From Chitinivibrionales bacterium (GTDB lineage: Bacteria; Fibrobacterota; Chitinivibrionia; Chitinivibrionales; WJKA01), in contig JBBRUX010000014.1 of assembly GCA_038247415.1 (NCBI GenBank), positions 1-64,000 on the forward strand: a stretch of 64,000 bases of DNA, read 5' to 3'. Every line of letters starts with the position of its first letter. The first letter of the stretch is position 1. A program made the position numbers and the translations under genes. This document shows, in pieces, positions 1 to 9,519 of the stretch. Below the pieces are notes generated by a model. The model searched no databases, was not told where the DNA came from, and worked only from the letters and a program-made list of their open reading frames with translations.

Positions 1-45
1 AAACCCCCAAGTGTGGGGGTAGGGGGTTGGGCTATCTGGAAAGCA

Positions 46-167
46 TTTTCCAAGTTGGATATAAAGGGCCACCTGGCCCTTTCCATCATAATCATAATCA
101 TAATCATAATCATAATCAGTTTTTATTTTTCCAAGTAGGATTTAAAGGGCTACCGAGCCATTTCCAT
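46..167. repeat. Two imperfect 41-bp direct repeats (46-86, 127-167) flanking a (CATAAT)x5 microsatellite (87-116)
   Basis: ttttccaagttggatataaagggccacctggccctttccat vs ttttccaagtaggatttaaagggctaccgagccatttccat, 35/41 identical by manual alignment; hexamer array read directly. Confidence 0.9.
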
Positions 168-179
168 GCAACCTTCTAA

Positions 180-409
180 AAAGGCAATACTGCTGATTTA
201 CTTGCAAGCCAAGTCAATCTTTCAATGGCAATCGACTGGAAGGGTTTAATTTCAATACAACAACGAATGATCAAAGCGGGAATCAATAAAGTTGGTGTTT
301 TGGATATAATAATTCTTAAAACGCAATTAACAATCGATGTGCAATTGCGTCTTCAGACAAGCATTTCAAATTCATGTGCATTGAAATGGATATTGATAGT
401 GTAAGCTAA
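180..409 (+). pseudogene. Frameshifted 3' remnant of a PIN-domain (VapC-like) toxin
   Basis: Manual translation gives ...AIDWKGLISIQQRMIKAGINKVGVLDIIIL, then after a -1 shift near 321 NAINNRCAIASSDKHFKFM...*; this matches the PIN C-terminal pattern (D-I-I-I ... S-x-D-K-H-F). The N-terminal half is missing. Confidence 0.65.
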
Positions 410-443
410 TCGACAGATATCGATTTTTTTTTGATTTCTTCCT

Positions 444-483
444 CAAAAAAGAGAGTGCGACAATGAAGAAATCCATTGCGCAC
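444..483 (-). terminator. Probable intrinsic terminator of the 515-1249 gene
   Basis: Inverted repeat GTGCG(A)CAATG/CATTGCGCAC at 455-483, followed on the minus strand by TCTCTTTTTTT. Confidence 0.55.
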
Positions 484-514
484 CCAATATTCTAAAAGGA
501 AAATGCCTTAAATC

Positions 515-1249
515 TCATTCCCACTTTTTAGCTTTAAATTTTGCAGGAATTTCATAGGTACCAGCTGGGGCTGCGCTTTCTTTGATTTCCTTTACTTCCA
601 TGGTGCTATTAGATTCTTTTCCCATAATGCTGCTTGTCGAAACGGAATAGACTACATACCCTTTGATTTTCTCACATTCTTTTTGCATTTGCACTGCCAG
701 ATCTTTTGTACTTTGTGAACGGAGGAAAAACGAGGCATTGAATTTTTTAAAGAGCGTTGGATCTATCTTGACATCTTCTGTGGCCCAGAGCTCTGAAGTT
801 GTGGTTGTTCCCATCATCGTAAGGGTTTGCAGGTATTTTTTGCAATTCCACGTGTTGATCTGTTTGGTTTCGGTGGTGGGTTGTATTGTTATTTCCATTT
901 TCATCATGTTGCCCATGAGTGCGGCAACTTCAGGAGGTGTGGCATTCTCTTGTGTTGGTGAACTTGTCAATTGTGAGAACGACATACCTGTGTAGGTCTT
1001 CTTGCTTGTATTAATTTGATAAAGCGAATCTTTTGCAGCAAGCAAAAGCGTCGATTCGTCTGCACCGAGCATGCATAGCTTATCGGGACTTATCCAGATA
1101 GTACTCGTTTTAATCGTGGGAGCACCATCGGGTTGGCCTTTTTTAAGCGATTGGGTCGTTTGTACTTGCGTTATTGTCAAATCGGCAAAAGCAGTGAGGG
1201 GCATGCTCAAAAGAAGAATCGCACATCGACCAGCAAAAATCTTAGGCAT
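515..1249 (-). CDS. Secreted DUF4412-like protein
   Basis: Signal peptide ending AFA-D; motifs TTETKQINTWNCKKY, ELWATED and YEIPAKFK are typical of DUF4412/GLPGLI-like proteins. Confidence 0.65.
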   Translation of the reverse strand: MPKIFAGRCAILLLSMPLTAFADLTITQVQTTQSLKKGQPDGAPTIKTSTIWISPDKLCMLGADESTLLLAAKDSLYQINTSKKTYTGMSFSQLTSSPTQENATPPEVAALMGNMMKMEITIQPTTETKQINTWNCKKYLQTLTMMGTTTTSELWATEDVKIDPTLFKKFNASFFLRSQSTKDLAVQMQKECEKIKGYVVYSVSTSSIMGKESNSTMEVKEIKESAAPAGTYEIPAKFKAKKWE

Positions 1250-1515
1250 ACAAGATTCCTTTGTTTAGTGGGTTACACGATCCTTATCTTTATAGAAAAA
1301 TGAATTGAGGTTTCAATACTAATGCAAATAATACGCTAATTTTCTATCCTTTGCTGTACGGGTGAACGTCATGGGAATTCATGAAACAATTATTTCTCAG
1401 AGAAAAATAGCTGCTTATGCAAAACCGATTAGAATTTTCCCCGATGAGTTGCAATTAATTTGCTAACCCAGAAGCCCTCCCGTTTTTGGCGATTTTTTAC
1501 ATGTAATACTTCACA

Positions 1516-3951
1516 TTAAAAATTTACTTTATCGGTAAATTCCTTTTCTTCACCATTGCATACGAGCACGCCAAAAACGCCTCGAGGAAGTTCTACTGAG
1601 CCAGTGTAGGTATCTCCCTCTTTTACAATATGTGCAGTTATCAAGCCGCTCGGATGGACCATTTTCCCGTGGGCATACGAGAGCGTGCCAAGTTGTGGTG
1701 TTATCCGAGCCTTTGTAAATCCCGGGGTAACGGGCCTTATTCCTAAAATAGTCCCAAAGTAATGGAACATGGGATGAGCGCCCCAGCCGTGGCAGTCGGA
1801 TCTGCTGGGCTCTGGAGTTTCTAATGTTGTAAACAATCCAAGTGCTTTGAGCCCATACCATAAGTTCATTCGCTCGCACAACAAATCGACTCTGCCAATG
1901 TGGCGGTAGGTTTCGAATAAATAATGCGAAAAGTAAATCGTTGCACGATGAAGGTCTGTGGCAGTTAAAAGTCCGTCAATCACCTGTTTGCGCTCCTGGC
2001 CATCAACGCCGTTGTTTAATAATGCCAAACATTGTGCATGTTCACTAAAACTTTGATGCTCAAGGTCGTCGGCAAACATTCCGCGGCCTTCATTCCAAAA
2101 AAGCTTTTTTACTCCGTCGGTAATGCGTTGCGCTGTGTCTCTGTTACGCTTGGCTAAGGCGGGTTCTCCCATGTAATCTTCGAGCTGAGCGCCAAGATTA
2201 TAGATAAGTGCCGCTTGCAAACTTATTGGGGAACTTAAACCCCGTTCTCCATCGGGAGGAACTCCCCGGTTCCAGGCCTTAACCCAATCGATAAAGTTCC
2301 AGCCAACAGGTGCAGCAATAACATTTTCATCGGTACAATGGAATCTAAACGCATCGAGCACGCTGCGTACCGTTGTCATACGCTCAGATATAAATTGTTT
2401 CTCGCTACGGTAGAGCATGAGGTCATGCACCATCCCTACCCACCAAAGAGAAAAGGGCGGAATCACTTGAGTAACCCTTGTGGGGAAACGCGATTGTGTT
2501 AAACCATTGGGGCGTCGAGATGCATCAAAAAGCTTTATTGCTTTTTTGGGCAATTCGATCGTATCCGTCATAACATAGGTCTGCAAAACTTCAAGTCGTG
2601 TATCGGCAACATACATGAGCTGCTCGTAGTGAGGACAGTCCATGTAGATTTCATGAGAGCACATTTCAAGAGTTCTTTTGTAAAGGGGAAATAATTCTGC
2701 CATGCGCGGGTCGGAAGATTCGAAACTTCCTTTCCAAGTAAAAGGAAAGTGCGTTTCTTCGATGCTAAAATTCTCTATTGTTAATGGTTCATCCTGAGTT
2801 TGAATGACAATTTCCAAATAGCGCCCTGCAGACCACCATAAAGGTCGATACATTCGGGATGCTGTCCCATCGGGAAGAAAGGTATCTGCAAAGCCTTTAA
2901 AATATTTGTTCTCAATCGCTGAGCGATTTCCTTTGGAAGGCACCGTATAGCCACCCGCATTGGCAAGAACTTCATCATATAATCCCTCGGCCCAACCAAC
3001 GCGAATATATGATCCTTTACCATGGGATACCCGAAAATTGGTATAACCGCAATGGTAATTATTCAAATCGATAATACAGCGTCGCATCGAATGAGCAGGT
3101 ACTTGTAAAGAGGTTGATGTAGTGAGCAATGCATTCCAGGCTGTGACTTCTAAGGATTCTCCACTTTTTTCTGAAACAGGAATTTTTTCGGTGCTTAAGG
3201 TGTTTATACGTTCGACGTGTCGACACAGCATGTTTTCTACAGGGTTTAAAGCCATGGCAGGCAGTGTTGCTGGAGCAAGAAGCCATGTAGCTGTTGATTG
3301 TTCGTCAACCATGCTTGCGTGGGCGCCATGGCCGATAGACTGGGATTTGATCCATCCTGAACCTCTCCCAATAAGCGCATCCCAGGGTACCTTTGATCCA
3401 TCTATCTGAATACGGGCACCTGTAAAGGGAAGTTCGGTAGGGTAGGGCCACGAAAATGAATAACCAGTTATGATGTGCGATTCCCACAATGCTACTCCTG
3501 TAGAAAGGTGCGCATGGGCATCTCCTTCTGCTGCACAAAAAAATCCGGGTCTAATTGACATTTGAGTGCAGGGAGATGGCCCTTGAGTACCCAAATGCCA
3601 TACGAGTGCAGAAAGAGCATGTGTCCCTTTTGAAAAGGTTATGTCGTAGGTTTCGTAGAACCATTGTTCTGGCGAACCCGCTTCGCTACCCCGAGCTACC
3701 CGTTCTCCATCGATAAAGAGCTCATATCGTTCGTCTGCCGTGATATGTAAACGAACTTTTTGTTGTGTCTCGCAGGTTATGCTAGAACGAAACGCCATAA
3801 CAACAACATCGTCTGCATGAACACCGGGATGGCAGATCCATTGCACGGGCCATGCGCCACGGCTCGACCATTGCGCATTCCAATCGACGTAGGGTTCAGA
3901 CGTAATAAGTGTGCGTTCGATGGTAACATCTGATTGAGTTGAACACGACAT
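1516..3951 (-). CDS. Alpha-L-rhamnosidase, GH78 family (no signal peptide)
   Basis: 811 aa; ITADERYELFIDG N-terminal domain, YMDCPHYEQLMYVADTR and SDCHGWGAHP motifs. Confidence 0.85.
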   Translation of the reverse strand: MSCSTQSDVTIERTLITSEPYVDWNAQWSSRGAWPVQWICHPGVHADDVVVMAFRSSITCETQQKVRLHITADERYELFIDGERVARGSEAGSPEQWFYETYDITFSKGTHALSALVWHLGTQGPSPCTQMSIRPGFFCAAEGDAHAHLSTGVALWESHIITGYSFSWPYPTELPFTGARIQIDGSKVPWDALIGRGSGWIKSQSIGHGAHASMVDEQSTATWLLAPATLPAMALNPVENMLCRHVERINTLSTEKIPVSEKSGESLEVTAWNALLTTSTSLQVPAHSMRRCIIDLNNYHCGYTNFRVSHGKGSYIRVGWAEGLYDEVLANAGGYTVPSKGNRSAIENKYFKGFADTFLPDGTASRMYRPLWWSAGRYLEIVIQTQDEPLTIENFSIEETHFPFTWKGSFESSDPRMAELFPLYKRTLEMCSHEIYMDCPHYEQLMYVADTRLEVLQTYVMTDTIELPKKAIKLFDASRRPNGLTQSRFPTRVTQVIPPFSLWWVGMVHDLMLYRSEKQFISERMTTVRSVLDAFRFHCTDENVIAAPVGWNFIDWVKAWNRGVPPDGERGLSSPISLQAALIYNLGAQLEDYMGEPALAKRNRDTAQRITDGVKKLFWNEGRGMFADDLEHQSFSEHAQCLALLNNGVDGQERKQVIDGLLTATDLHRATIYFSHYLFETYRHIGRVDLLCERMNLWYGLKALGLFTTLETPEPSRSDCHGWGAHPMFHYFGTILGIRPVTPGFTKARITPQLGTLSYAHGKMVHPSGLITAHIVKEGDTYTGSVELPRGVFGVLVCNGEEKEFTDKVNF

Positions 3952-4006
3952 TATGTAATCTCCTGAAAAGTGGGGCGGTTATCTTGTGGGGAGTAAGCGT
4001 TTATGT

Positions 4007-4038
4007 AAAAAAAAGGCGCAGAATGTATCTGCGCCTTT
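4007..4038 (-). terminator. Intrinsic terminator/attenuator between the GH127-like and GH78 genes
   Basis: AAAGGCGCAGA-atgta-TCTGCGCCTTT hairpin with an A-run on the left (U-tract on minus strand). Confidence 0.75.
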
Positions 4039-4053
4039 ACATAGTGACATTAA

Positions 4054-5742
4054 TTAGCCATGCGATTTTGTACGGTTAGGAGCAAAGAGCACTTGCTTTA
4101 CGCTATCTGGCTGAGTAAGGGTAAAGGGGTCGTTAATAGGCGATAACACCACACCAGGATTTGCAACCCCGGGAGTGTAGGTCGTTTTATACGTCCCCAT
4201 ACCTTCGTGGGCAAGCTCCAGATCGCGAGGAATACGAATTACCTCGGGATTGTCGCACCAGAGGATCATTGGTCCGTGTCGGTATGTATGATATCCTGGG
4301 GTATTGTTTTTACAAACGCGACCCTGGGTATGCAAACCAATTTTAAGGTCGAGTTCGATTCGGGTTCCCCTCTTAAGCACAAGCTCGATTGACAAGAATC
4401 CCTTGGAGAACTTCGCTTCACAAGCTTTACCATTAACTAAAACCTTTGTCTTGCTGCCGCTTGTCCATGATGGCGCAAAGAACTTGAGCGTTTTGGTTCC
4501 TGGGGCACTGGATGCAAGAACCTCAAACTTTGCAGAACCATCAAAGGGGTAGCCCGTGGTTTCTTTGAGCGTTACATCACCATCGGCAAAATGAATGGTA
4601 CCGGTAAGATCGTGATAGAATGGGAAAATAAGCTGATTGTCATTATGGAACATGGTAAATTCGGCAGCCTTATGCCACGCTTCGCCACCGCGCATGGTGC
4701 AGCACCAATGAACTTCGTATGTCGTAACACGTAAGTAAACATATTCCGATCCAAGACAGCGTTCCGATCCCATTGCACCCGAAGCACGATGGGCATGGGC
4801 CAATGCATTATAATAGATATGATGTGCATCTTCGAGATAGGTTGCATTGCCGGTATGTTTCCAGAGCCATGTTGCAACGATAAACGAGTCAACTACAGCA
4901 CAAGCTTCTGTCCAGCGTGGACGACCGAACCAGTTGTAGTTTGCGTAATTTTCGGTCCAGGCTTCTTCTTTGTACATGTTAAACATTTTTTCTGCAAGAG
5001 CCAAATGTTCTTTGTTACCTTCGGTTTCATAGAATCGGATAATTCCCCGTACGGCAGAAAGTGTCGCGTGCGTTTGAACATTATAGCCAAGGAAATCGAG
5101 CTGCTGATAGCGCTCTATCATTTGCAATATCATTTTGCGCAATGATGGTTCTTTGTTAAGCTGATATGCCTGGGTAACACCATCAAGGGCGATAAAAGCG
5201 CACCCGGTGTCGATGGTTAAAGCATGGGTACGGAGCTTAGATTGCAAATGAGAAAGAAGCCAAACTTTGTTTTTTGCAGCTTGGGCCACATTTACAGGAT
5301 ATTTTGCATAATGTCCGGTTACGGGAAGGTAAAGGTTTTCTACGCAGTTGTTAAGGAGTTTAAGAACGCGTGTGTCGCCTGTCCATTTGTAGTTTTCGAT
5401 AAGTCCGCGTAGATACCAGCTATGCCCAGAAAGCCTCTGTTCTCCCGCAATGCCTGCTTCGGAAATGGGGCCAAAATAGCCTTTTTTATTGAGATATTCG
5501 GGAATTCGGTCAAAAATCTTTTCGAGATATGCTGGTGGACGGTGTGTAACCTGGGCAAGCAATGTGAGGGCTAGAATGGTGCGACCTTCCCAATCTCCGG
5601 GCCACCCTTTTTTATCTGCGGTAAAAATTTCGTGTGCGCGATACCACTCTCCTTCGAGCCGAGTATAGCTTAATCCCGCGCGGTAGGCAAGTTGACCACG
5701 AATTTCAAGATCTTTCAAATCGACATTTTTAAGATCGCTCAC
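4054..5742 (-). CDS. GH127/GH146-like beta-L-arabinofuranosidase family protein (DUF1680)
   Basis: WTEACA and HWCCTMRG Cys/Glu zinc-site motifs, TGYPFDG, and RHGPMIL. Confidence 0.75.
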   Translation of the reverse strand: MSDLKNVDLKDLEIRGQLAYRAGLSYTRLEGEWYRAHEIFTADKKGWPGDWEGRTILALTLLAQVTHRPPAYLEKIFDRIPEYLNKKGYFGPISEAGIAGEQRLSGHSWYLRGLIENYKWTGDTRVLKLLNNCVENLYLPVTGHYAKYPVNVAQAAKNKVWLLSHLQSKLRTHALTIDTGCAFIALDGVTQAYQLNKEPSLRKMILQMIERYQQLDFLGYNVQTHATLSAVRGIIRFYETEGNKEHLALAEKMFNMYKEEAWTENYANYNWFGRPRWTEACAVVDSFIVATWLWKHTGNATYLEDAHHIYYNALAHAHRASGAMGSERCLGSEYVYLRVTTYEVHWCCTMRGGEAWHKAAEFTMFHNDNQLIFPFYHDLTGTIHFADGDVTLKETTGYPFDGSAKFEVLASSAPGTKTLKFFAPSWTSGSKTKVLVNGKACEAKFSKGFLSIELVLKRGTRIELDLKIGLHTQGRVCKNNTPGYHTYRHGPMILWCDNPEVIRIPRDLELAHEGMGTYKTTYTPGVANPGVVLSPINDPFTLTQPDSVKQVLFAPNRTKSHG

Positions 5743-6054
5743 TGCAACTCCTTTTTGAAGATATGAAAATGTATTGATTTTAAAGGCAATTAATAACTTG
5801 TTACATTTATTTTAACAATAACATTCTACAATGATTGCTATAATAACGAAAATAGTAATGGTATATAATACATAATAGTTGATTAAAATGCAGCTGAAAG
5901 TATAATTTTGAAATTAAAAAGGAATTACCCAAAAAACCAAAAAAAAGCAATCATGTGAGGTTGTCTGGATTAAATTCCAGGTGGCTAAAGTTTCCCCCGT
6001 AGGCTAACTTTAAAAAAGTGCCTATAGGGGTATGCTTAGATGCACTGCAGCTAT

Positions 6055-7611
6055 TTACATCAGGGGTATTTGAGCGGTAGAAATAGAAACGCCGTGGTCA
6101 ACTTTTAACAGATACATTCCAGGATTTAAGTGATACGTTGCAAAAGAGAGAACAGTAGATCCGACACAGTTCTTGTTGAGAACCTTTGCACCGTGCGCAT
6201 TAAAAAGGGTAACCGAATAGTGCAACGATGCATTTGACGCTGATAGTGCAATTTGAGTTGCACCGTTTCGGAATGATCTGATACTTTGGAGGGGGCCGGC
6301 AAAACTGCTGTAATCTTTACGGCTTTCGATAACGCCAATAGGGTATCCAGCTGCGGGTGTTTTGGGCAGCATGGTAAGGGCTGCAACCTGAGTATTGTCA
6401 TCTAAGCCGGGGATTTTATAATCTGTTTTAGAGTCGTTGAGAAGCTCAGGCAGAATGTCCGACTCGGGTGCAGAAACAAAGAAAGTCCCTTCATCAGATT
6501 TAACCCATTGGGTTATCACAGTGCACAGAGGTTCGACCCTTTCAGTATTAGCTGGATTATTACGTCGTAAAGAACGCGTAACATTCATGGCAATTTTATC
6601 GGTATAATTTACAAGTACCGTATTCATGCCGTTGCCACCTTCGCGCCCATCAGGTGCCCACCCCGATTGCAATGCTTCCCATTTGTCTGAATTGACAGCA
6701 AATGAACTTCCATAGGTTGAATTGCCAACGCCAATTGTTTCAACGATAGGCTCTCCGGTAATGGGGTCTGTAATGGTGCAGGCAATTTTAGTATCAGTTC
6801 GATCGGTTGACCAGCCATTGCGATCTGCAGGCATATTACTAACCGATGTTCCCAATGTATGGGTAGTCCAGTTAAGGGGAGTAACTATTCTACCAAAATG
6901 TCCAGGATCTACCTGATTACTCATTACATTTCCAGAAGGAGAAATCGTATGGCCGCATCCCTGCACAGTAAATCCACCACCTGCACTCCATTTGGTACCC
7001 TTAATAACACCATTTTGATCCTGTGCTTGCTTAATAGTAAAGTAAAGTCCGCCGGCGAGACCTACCTTTTCACCAAGGGCGCTCATTTTGAATTCCCTGC
7101 CAAAATTGCCCGTGGAATCGTTTGCTACCCGAACCACAAATTCAACTTTTCTAGTTTGTACATTTACTTTATAGATATAGCGCGAATAGCGATCGGTTAC
7201 AAAATATATCCAGTCTCCCTGGGGCCAGGCAAGATCTCCAGCGGCATACACTGCTCCTCCCGGACAATCGAGACCAAAAAGGGCAAGATCGATAGTTTTT
7301 AAAGGGTTGCTCAGGCGCATTACTCTAATGCGACATTGAGGAACATTCCATGTCCCTGCATTCATCACGTAGGCGAGATGCGTACCATGGGTATTAATAA
7401 CAGGATGTCCAAGAATGATTTCGCCGCTTTTTGCCGATGTTACAAGATTATAGCTTGTGTCAACATGGGAATTGGTAACTTTAAAGAGGGTAAGCGATCG
7501 GGATGTGAAATAGTCGTAGTTTATATTCGCAACACCAATACCGCTCACTGCATAAAGGGGCATGCTTGCAAGCCCGAGCACCAGAAGGATCTTAACTGTA
7601 CATTGTTTCAT
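6055..7611 (-). CDS. Secreted hypothetical protein, TolB-like propeller-like core with T9SS-type C-terminal domain
   Basis: Signal peptide (LYA-V); GCGHTISPSG; C-terminal SVTLFNAHGAKV...LNPGMYLLKV. Confidence 0.6.
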   Translation of the reverse strand: MKQCTVKILLVLGLASMPLYAVSGIGVANINYDYFTSRSLTLFKVTNSHVDTSYNLVTSAKSGEIILGHPVINTHGTHLAYVMNAGTWNVPQCRIRVMRLSNPLKTIDLALFGLDCPGGAVYAAGDLAWPQGDWIYFVTDRYSRYIYKVNVQTRKVEFVVRVANDSTGNFGREFKMSALGEKVGLAGGLYFTIKQAQDQNGVIKGTKWSAGGGFTVQGCGHTISPSGNVMSNQVDPGHFGRIVTPLNWTTHTLGTSVSNMPADRNGWSTDRTDTKIACTITDPITGEPIVETIGVGNSTYGSSFAVNSDKWEALQSGWAPDGREGGNGMNTVLVNYTDKIAMNVTRSLRRNNPANTERVEPLCTVITQWVKSDEGTFFVSAPESDILPELLNDSKTDYKIPGLDDNTQVAALTMLPKTPAAGYPIGVIESRKDYSSFAGPLQSIRSFRNGATQIALSASNASLHYSVTLFNAHGAKVLNKNCVGSTVLSFATYHLNPGMYLLKVDHGVSISTAQIPLM

Positions 7612-7850
7612 ACTGTCTCCTTGAAATGTGATAGTTTGATCATACCTAAAGTGCGTGAAATTTTCTCTATAAGATATGCATGCTAGATTAAAGAATCTAT
7701 CAATTGTGTAATTTTGTAACTACATACTAAAAACGGCAAATATCCAGCATGAAGAAAAAGAGTGCGAGCATAATCAGGAGGCGTCCTTAAAACAAAATGT
7801 TTTAAGGACGGAATAAAATTGGAATAATGGAATGAATGCGCTTGCGCTGC

Positions 7851-9311
7851 TTATGCCTTATAGCTTCCCGAAACGGTGTTGCCGCCTTTGCCCGTCCAGT
7901 TGGTATGAAAGAATGTGCCTCGCTTGGAATCGATTCGTTCGTAGGTGTGCGCGCCAAAATAATCTCGTTGGGCTTGTAATAGATTAGCTGGCAAATTGGC
8001 AGTTCGGTATCCATCGAAATAGCTGATTGCTGTAGACAAACAGGGAACAGGAATTCCGCACGAAACGGCCAGGCATATTATTCTACGCCAGCTATCAGCG
8101 CCTGTTTGGAGAATTGTGGCGAAATAAGGATCGAGCATGAGATTAACCAGGGAAGGATTTGCATTGTAGGCTTCCTTAATTTTCCCTAAAAATGCAGAAC
8201 GGATAATGCATCCCCCGCGCCAAATAAGGGCGATTGTTCCAAAATCGAGGTTCCACCCGTACTCGAGAGAGGCTGCACGCAAGAGCGCAAAACCCTGAGC
8301 ATACGAAACAATTTTGGCCGCATATAAAGTATTTTTAAGATCGTTTATACATTGGTCAACGTTTATGGCTGGCCTGGTTAGTGGGCCTTTTAGAATATCG
8401 CGTGCTGCGAGGCGTTCTTCTTTAGCACTCGATAGAGAGCGAGAAAAAACAGATTCGCTAATGAGTGTAAGCGGAATGCCTAAATCAAGCGCACTAGTGG
8501 TCGTCCATTTGCCCGTGCCTTTTTGTCCAGCAGTATCAAGAATTTTGTCAATGAGCGGTTTCGAATCGGTATCTTTATAGGCCAGAATATCGCGGGTAAT
8601 TTCAATGAGATAGCTGTCTAATTCTCCTGTGTTCCATTCCGCAAATAGATCATGCATGGCATCGGTTGATAAACCTAGTATATCCCGCATAATATGATAG
8701 GCTTCGCAAATGAGCTGCATATCGCCGTATTCGATACCATTATGCACCATCTTTACAAAATGGCCTGCACCGTTTGGTCCCATCCAGGCACAGCAGTTAG
8801 AACCATCGGGTGTTTTTGCAGAGATACTCATAAAAATATCCTTAACAAGAGGCCATCCCTGAGCATCCCCGCCGGGCATGATTGATGGCCCTCTGCGAGC
8901 GCCCTCTTCACCACCAGAAACGCCACTTCCAATGAATAAAAACCCTCGCGATCGCACATACTCTGTGCGACGGATCGTATCGGTATAATGAGAGTTTCCC
9001 CCGTCAATAATTAGGTCGCCAGGAGTTAGTAGTGTAAGGAGCTTTTCTATAGTTTCGTCAACAGCCGATCCGGCTTTCACCATGAGCAGGATTTTTCGCG
9101 GGAGTTTACAAGATGTTACTAGTTCGGCAAGCGAGTGCGCGCCAATAATGTTCGTTCCTGCTGCTTCCTGCGCAAGAAATGAATCGACTTTCTCGGTAGA
9201 CCGGTTATAGGCAACAACGGTGAATCCATGATCGTTCATATTAAGAATAAGATTTTGGCCCATAACAGCCAAACCGATTACGCCTATATCACCCTGTGCT
9301 TTTGTACTCAT
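7851..9311 (-). CDS. gnd: 6-phosphogluconate dehydrogenase, NADP+-dependent, decarboxylating
   Basis: GLAVMGQNL, VSGGEEGA, KMVHNGIEYGDMQ, QAQRDYFGAHTY. Confidence 0.97.
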   Translation of the reverse strand: MSTKAQGDIGVIGLAVMGQNLILNMNDHGFTVVAYNRSTEKVDSFLAQEAAGTNIIGAHSLAELVTSCKLPRKILLMVKAGSAVDETIEKLLTLLTPGDLIIDGGNSHYTDTIRRTEYVRSRGFLFIGSGVSGGEEGARRGPSIMPGGDAQGWPLVKDIFMSISAKTPDGSNCCAWMGPNGAGHFVKMVHNGIEYGDMQLICEAYHIMRDILGLSTDAMHDLFAEWNTGELDSYLIEITRDILAYKDTDSKPLIDKILDTAGQKGTGKWTTTSALDLGIPLTLISESVFSRSLSSAKEERLAARDILKGPLTRPAINVDQCINDLKNTLYAAKIVSYAQGFALLRAASLEYGWNLDFGTIALIWRGGCIIRSAFLGKIKEAYNANPSLVNLMLDPYFATILQTGADSWRRIICLAVSCGIPVPCLSTAISYFDGYRTANLPANLLQAQRDYFGAHTYERIDSKRGTFFHTNWTGKGGNTVSGSYKA

Positions 9312-9519
9312 GAAAAGTATCCTTCAAAAATAGTGAGAGCTCTGTGCATGCAATTGTGGCGTATAATTTATTTCATTACTATAAAAAAAGCTCGAACGAT
9401 ACAGCGATTCTGTAGAGCAGAAAAAAATATTGAACCAAAGCATAGCTTAAAATATACAGGATGCTTTTGTCCAAATGGTATTTTCTATTAAATTCAATCG
9501 TAATCCAAAGGAATTATAT

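Noticed and set aside
3..31. G-rich hairpin / possible G-quadruplex at the window edge
   Set aside because: Only three G-tracts on one strand and no upstream context; cannot be interpreted.
46..167. CRISPR array
   Set aside because: Only two imperfect repeats, the spacer is a microsatellite, and there are no cas genes in the window.
6020..6034. GCCTATAGGGGTAT resembling a CsoR operator
   Set aside because: Only a partial match, downstream of a gene and about 37 kb from the copper genes.
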